Assembly: GCA_963789265.1 (NCBI GenBank)
Contig: CAWBKB010000001.1
Location: 2,240,001-2,304,000, forward strand
DNA length: 64,000 bases
Source: an uncultured delta proteobacterium
GTDB taxonomy: Bacteria; Desulfobacterota; Desulfomonilia; Desulfomonilales; Desulfomonilaceae
Direction of reading: 5' to 3'
Of the stretch, positions 59,442 to 64,000 are shown in pieces. Both the position numbers and the translations under genes were made by a program. Position 1 is the stretch's first letter, and every line of letters starts with the position of its first letter. The notes beneath the pieces were generated by a model that was not told where the DNA came from, made no database searches, and saw only the letters and a list, made by a program, of their open reading frames with translations.

Positions 59442-61958
59442 AACGGTTGCGATAACTATAGACCACCAATTAAGAGAGGTTCCGAAAGGGCTGACTATTC
59501 TTCGAGCAGCACAAAGTGTCGGCATTTACATTCCCACACTCTGCGCTCACAAGGATTTGAGCCCGTTCGGCGGCTGCCGACTATGCATAGTTGAGGTGGA
59601 CGGTGTGCGCGGCTTCCCCACTTCCTGCACGACCCCGGTTCAAGACGGCATGGTGATAAGAACCCAGAACCGCCCAACTACAGGCTGTGAGAGGCGTTAC
59701 CCTTGGATTGATTTTGAGTGAGCATCCTTGCAGTTGTTTGATTTGCGATGAGCAGGACGAGTGCAAGAGAAACGTGGGAACTATTCGCAAGGCCGGAGTT
59801 ACCACGGGGTGTCGTTACTGTAGTAACGACGGCCAGTGCGAGTTGCAGGAGGTCGTGAAAAAGATCGGAGTGACCGAAATCGACTATCCGATTTACTATC
59901 GACACCTCCAGGTCAAGAAAGCCGATCCATTCTTCGATCGAGATTACAATCTTTGCATACTGTGTGGAAGATGCGTCCGAATGTGCCAAGAAGTCCGCGC
60001 AGCCAACACCCTGGCTTTTACACAGAGAGGGCACTCTACGGTGATCGGCCCTGCTTACGACCGAACTCACCTGGAAGCAGGTTGCGAATTTTGCGGTGCT
60101 TGCGTGTCCGTTTGCCCTACTGGAGCCCTCTCGGAAAAGGCCCGGAAATGGGATGGCCCAGCAGATGGCGAACAGATTACCCAGTGCCCACTTTGCGGCG
60201 TTGGCTGCCGAATGCGACTCTTGATAAAGGGAGACAGGATAATCGGCAGTTTGCCCGCGGAGGACCCCCTGGTCAACGCCGGTCAACTCTGCGTAAAGGG
60301 GAGATTCTGCGTAACCGAACTGGTAGGCTCCCTCCTACGCTTGAGCAAGCCCTCACGCCTTGAAAATGACACACGGGTGGAAATTTCGTGGGACGATGCT
60401 GTTCAATTGGCAGCGGAAACCCTTTCCGTCTGCCCGCCGGAACAGTTCGCGCTTCTTATTTCACCGGATAGCTGTAACGAGGATCTGTACAGTTGCCCAA
60501 AAATTTGCTCGCGTGGTCATGCACTCAAACAATATCGACACCAGCGCACGGCTGGTCTATCGGTCCGCCCTCGGCTCCTATTTGAGTCTGATGAAAATGT
60601 CCGTGCCTCTTGCGGCAGTGCGAGAGGCGTCCACAGTCCTGTGCATAGGGCTGGATACAAGATTCGGAGGCTCGGTCGTCGGTGTTGCCATACGACAGGC
60701 TATCAAGCATGGGGCAAGGATCGTCACTATCCATCCACGGGATCACAATCTAGCGCGGATCGCTCACAAATGGCTTCACCCTAATCCGGGACGTGAACTG
60801 GATCTCCTAAATTCTCTCGTGCACCTCACCGGAAAACAGCCGGCGGCCGCTCCACCGCCGGGACTAGAAGCAGAATTCGGAGGCATTACGAATGACTTGA
60901 CCGAACTTGCCGATATGTTCCGGGATAGTTCGAGCAATGTGATTCTGGTGGGCTCGGAATATCTCACCTACCGAGAAAGCTCACAAATTTTGGGAACCAT
61001 CGCTCAATTGGCTCAAAGTACCGGCAGCGGATTGTTTCCGGTGCCTGCGCAAGGCAATCTATTAGGGTCGGTTCTGACTGGAGTCTATCCTGAGCTTCTG
61101 CCTGGGGCATTTCCCTGGAATGATGAAAGCAAGTTGAATGATCTGCGAAGGATATGGGGTGTGGGCCTTTCCGATTCGCCGCTTGATTGGACAGCGGAAA
61201 GCCTCTTGGACGGACAGCGAATGAAAGCTCTTTACCTCATAGGAGAGGTCCCTTTCAAACATGATCCGCCCGCAGATTTCTTGATATTCCAGAACATTTA
61301 TCCGCCTCCCGAGGCATACCGAGCCGATCTGGTCCTTCCTTCCGCAGCATTTTCAGAAGTGGACGGCACGTTGTTCAACGTCGAGGGAAGGATTCAGCGT
61401 GTGCGAAAAGCTGTGAACGCACCTGGAGAAGCTTTGCCCGATTGGGACATACTTTGCAGGATCGCTCGCAAGATGGGCTTCAAAGGCTTTGATTTCAGAT
61501 CTGCGATGGACATCCACCAAGAGATATCGTTGCTGAATGAAGGATTTACCAACTTCCAGTCCCCCGATCGAGTATCTCGTCCCTTGAAATATGACGGCCG
61601 AATGATGGCTTCTCAAAATGTGGCGCCGGTCTCCCAGGTAGTAGATAAAGAATTTCCCTTTATTCTTACCTCATCAATTCCTGAGCACACTTATCGAGGT
61701 TTTCCGATATCTGCCAGGGTTGAGGGCGCAAAAGTGCTTTTCGCCGAGGCCGCAGTAGAAATAAGTCCTGACGATGCGGAGCAGGCCGGCATATCTCAAG
61801 GCAATGAAGTCCTAGTGATTTCGCGTACCTTTGAAACAATCCTGAGAGCAAACATACTGAGCGGTCAGGAAAAAGGAAGGCTGCACATTTCACCGGGTCA
61901 CGGCGAATACATCGGCGCCGGCCCACATCCGGCGAGGATCGTGAAAAGCCATGTATAA
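59425..61958 (+). CDS. NuoG/FdhA-like Fe-S subunit with a molybdopterin-oxidoreductase fold; two 1-nt frameshifts (~59668, ~60491)
   Basis: IPTLC...CRLCIVE, HxxxCxxC, CILCGRCVRMC, CEFCGACVSVCP, CPLCGVGC...LCVKG; NNIDTSARLVY replaces the FDH catalytic loop. Confidence 0.8.
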
Positions 61959-62793
61959 GCTAGCATCAACACACATGATTGTTCCTAATATCCACCTCCT
62001 CACGTTCGAGGCCCCCGCGGTGGCGCAGAATGTGCGCGCCGGCCAGTTTGTGATTTTGAGGGTCAATGACGAAGGCGAAAGAATCCCTCTTTCCGTGGCT
62101 GATTGGGACTCTGAAAACGGGACTATCTCTGTATGCTTGATGAATGTAGGAAACACTACAGACCTACTGGCCTCACTTCAGGACGGCAGCGGTATTCCCA
62201 CTGTCGTCGGTCCTCTGGGCAATCCGACGGAAATAGAGAAATTCGGCACGGTAATCTGCCTGGCGGGATGCTACGGCATAGGAAGCATTTTCCCGATCGC
62301 AAGGGCTCTCAAGGAGAAGCAAAACCGTGTCATTACCGTCATAGAAGGCAGGAGTTCGTACCTGTTTTACTGGGAGGACAAACTGAGATCGGTTTCTGAT
62401 GAGCTACTGCACATAACCCGCGATGGCTCGAAAGGTTACCGGGGTCACGTGGGTAGGCTCGCGGAGATCATAAGGTCATTGGGAGAGCCGGTGGACCGAA
62501 TGGTAATAAACGGCTGCACGTCCCTTCTGAGACGAGGCTCGGAAGCAAGCAGGCCGCTGGGCATAAAAACCGTGGTCAGCCTCAACCCTATAATGATCGA
62601 CGGAACCGGAATGTGCGGCGTGTGCCGAGTCACAGTCGGATCCACCACCAGGTTCGCTTGCGTGGACGGACCGGATTTCGACGGCCATCAGGTCGACTGG
62701 GATGAATTGTTTCAGCGTCGCAAACAATACCTGAGCGAAGAAGTCATCCCTCTCAGGTCGAGCGGCTGCGAGAGGCACTGTGAAAGACGGTAA
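61951..62793 (+). CDS. nfnA: NfnA/SudB-like FAD/[2Fe-2S] subunit
   Basis: GQFVILR...ERIPLS, GPLG, NPIMIDGTGMCGVCR...FACVDGP. Confidence 0.85.
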   Translation: MYKLASTHMIVPNIHLLTFEAPAVAQNVRAGQFVILRVNDEGERIPLSVADWDSENGTISVCLMNVGNTTDLLASLQDGSGIPTVVGPLGNPTEIEKFGTVICLAGCYGIGSIFPIARALKEKQNRVITVIEGRSSYLFYWEDKLRSVSDELLHITRDGSKGYRGHVGRLAEIIRSLGEPVDRMVINGCTSLLRRGSEASRPLGIKTVVSLNPIMIDGTGMCGVCRVTVGSTTRFACVDGPDFDGHQVDWDELFQRRKQYLSEEVIPLRSSGCERHCERR

Positions 62794-62801
62794 ACAAAGC
62801 C

Positions 62802-64000
62802 ATGCCTGACATCGATTCAAAGAAATTAGACCTTAAGCGCAGGGAAATCCCAAAGCAGTCCGCCAAAGCTCGGACTCAGAACTTCAACGAAGTTGCGCTT
62901 GGATATCCCCCTGATACGGCGATCGAAGAGGCACGCCGCTGCTTGCAATGCAAGAAGCCTAAATGCATGACCAAGTGCCCGGTGGAGATTCAAATTCCCA
63001 GGTTCATCAAATGCATTTCCGAGAATAACTTCAAAGCCGGCATAAAGACGATCAAGCAGAAGAACCTGCTGCCAGCCGTATGCGGTAGGGTATGCCCTCA
63101 GGAAGAGCAATGCGAGGGAGCCTGCGTTTTGGGCAAGCGAGGGGGGCAGATCGCAATTGGTCGCCTTGAGCGCTTCCTGGCTGACTGGGAAGTGGCGCAA
63201 GGTGAGCCTGAGATTCCGGAAATAATGACTTCCACAGGCAAAAAGGTTGCCATAGTGGGAGGAGGGCCTGCGGGCCTCACCGTGGCAGGCGATCTGGTGA
63301 GGATGGGTCACAAGATTACTATATTCGAGGCCCTGCACAAGCCGGGCGGAGTGCTCATCTACGGCATTCCGGAATTCAGGCTACCCAAGGCCATAGTGAG
63401 CAGAGAGGTGGAATATCTGAAACGCCTCGGTGTTGAAGTGCTGACAGACTTTGTGGTGGGCAAGACCAGAGCTATGGAGAGCATTATGGAGGAACATGAC
63501 GCCGTGTTCATCGGCGCGGGTGCAGGGCTTCCTTGGTTCATGAACATCCCCGGCGAAAATCTGAATGGCGTCTATTCGGCCAACGAGTACTTGACCAGGA
63601 TGAATCTCATGAAGGGTTTTCTTTTCCCGACTTTCAATACCCCCATAAAAAAGCATAAGAAAGTGGCTGTCGTCGGCGGCGGCAACGTTGCAATGGACTG
63701 CGCAAGAACAGCTCTGCGCCTTGGTGCGGAAACTACGATCATTTACAGGCGGTCCAGGGACGAGTTGCCGGCACGTCTGGAAGAGGTCGAAAACGCCGAG
63801 GAAGAAGGCGTCGTCTTCAATCTTCTTACCCTCCCTGTTCGATATAACGCCGATGAAAATGGCTGGGTGAAGGAAGTCCAGTGCCTGAAGATGCAACTGG
63901 GCGAGCCCGACGCATCAGGCAGAAGGACACCAATTCCAATCGAGGGTTCCGAATTTTCCATTAATGTTGATTCGGTTGTATGCGCTATCGGAAATAGCCC
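62802..64000 (+). CDS. nfnB: NfnB/SudA/GltD-like subunit (runs off window end)
   Basis: Not in the ORF track because it has no stop. Hand translation: MPDIDSKKLDLKRREIPKQ...NFNEVALGY...RCLQCKKPKCMTKCPV...CGRVCPQEEQCE...GGGPAG...YGIPEFRLPK...GGGNVAMD. Confidence 0.9.
   Translation, partial: MPDIDSKKLDLKRREIPKQSAKARTQNFNEVALGYPPDTAIEEARRCLQCKKPKCMTKCPVEIQIPRFIKCISENNFKAGIKTIKQKNLLPAVCGRVCPQEEQCEGACVLGKRGGQIAIGRLERFLADWEVAQGEPEIPEIMTSTGKKVAIVGGGPAGLTVAGDLVRMGHKITIFEALHKPGGVLIYGIPEFRLPKAIVSREVEYLKRLGVEVLTDFVVGKTRAMESIMEEHDAVFIGAGAGLPWFMNIPGENLNGVYSANEYLTRMNLMKGFLFPTFNTPIKKHKKVAVVGGGNVAMDCARTALRLGAETTIIYRRSRDELPARLEEVENAEEEGVVFNLLTLPVRYNADENGWVKEVQCLKMQLGEPDASGRRTPIPIEGSEFSINVDSVVCAIGNS

Noticed and set aside
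59425..61958. Formate dehydrogenase alpha subunit or selenoprotein
   Set aside because: No Cys or TGA at the catalytic position; the ORF breaks are frameshifts, not in-frame TGA codons.
62802..64000. Glutamate synthase small subunit gltD
   Set aside because: It directly follows an NfnA/SudB-like gene and no gltB is visible, so NfnB/SudA is the better call.

Overview
A 64-kb bacterial chromosomal region from an anaerobe. The gene content suggests a deltaproteobacterial (Desulfobacterota-like) organism; this is inference. Left to right it contains: (1) a sigma54-driven tusA-mvhD-hdrA-hdrA-wHTH-hdrC/qmoC-like sulfur/redox operon with a divergent PAS-type enhancer-binding protein; (2) a complete 2,872-bp IS1595-family transposon (24-bp perfect TIRs, 8-bp TSD) carrying HEPN-like, small HNH, TYW3-like and tiny unannotated passenger genes; (3) an acyl-CoA dehydrogenase behind two tandem sigma54 promoters; (4) a decaying toxin-antitoxin patch; (5) a redox/stress island (pirin, quinone oxidoreductase, Fe-S protein, MarR, DsbA, peroxiredoxin, SDRs, ADH, MerA/RclA-like reductase), in which three operons share a conserved ~100-120-bp leader with an ECF-sigma-like promoter, one copy displaced by an intact ISKra4 element; (6) an XRE-livHMGF-SBP-hydroxyacyl dehydrogenase-BKACE catabolic unit; (7) a beta-oxidation cluster with TetR; (8) a sigma54-driven nuoE/nuoF/nuoG(FdhA-like, no catalytic Cys/Sec)-nfnA-nfnB cluster that runs off the window. 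Intergenic regions are rich in several REP/MITE-like families. Eight single-base frameshifts in seven otherwise intact genes most likely reflect read or assembly indels. No rRNA, tRNA or CRISPR array was seen. All product calls come from motif recognition by eye, not database searches.
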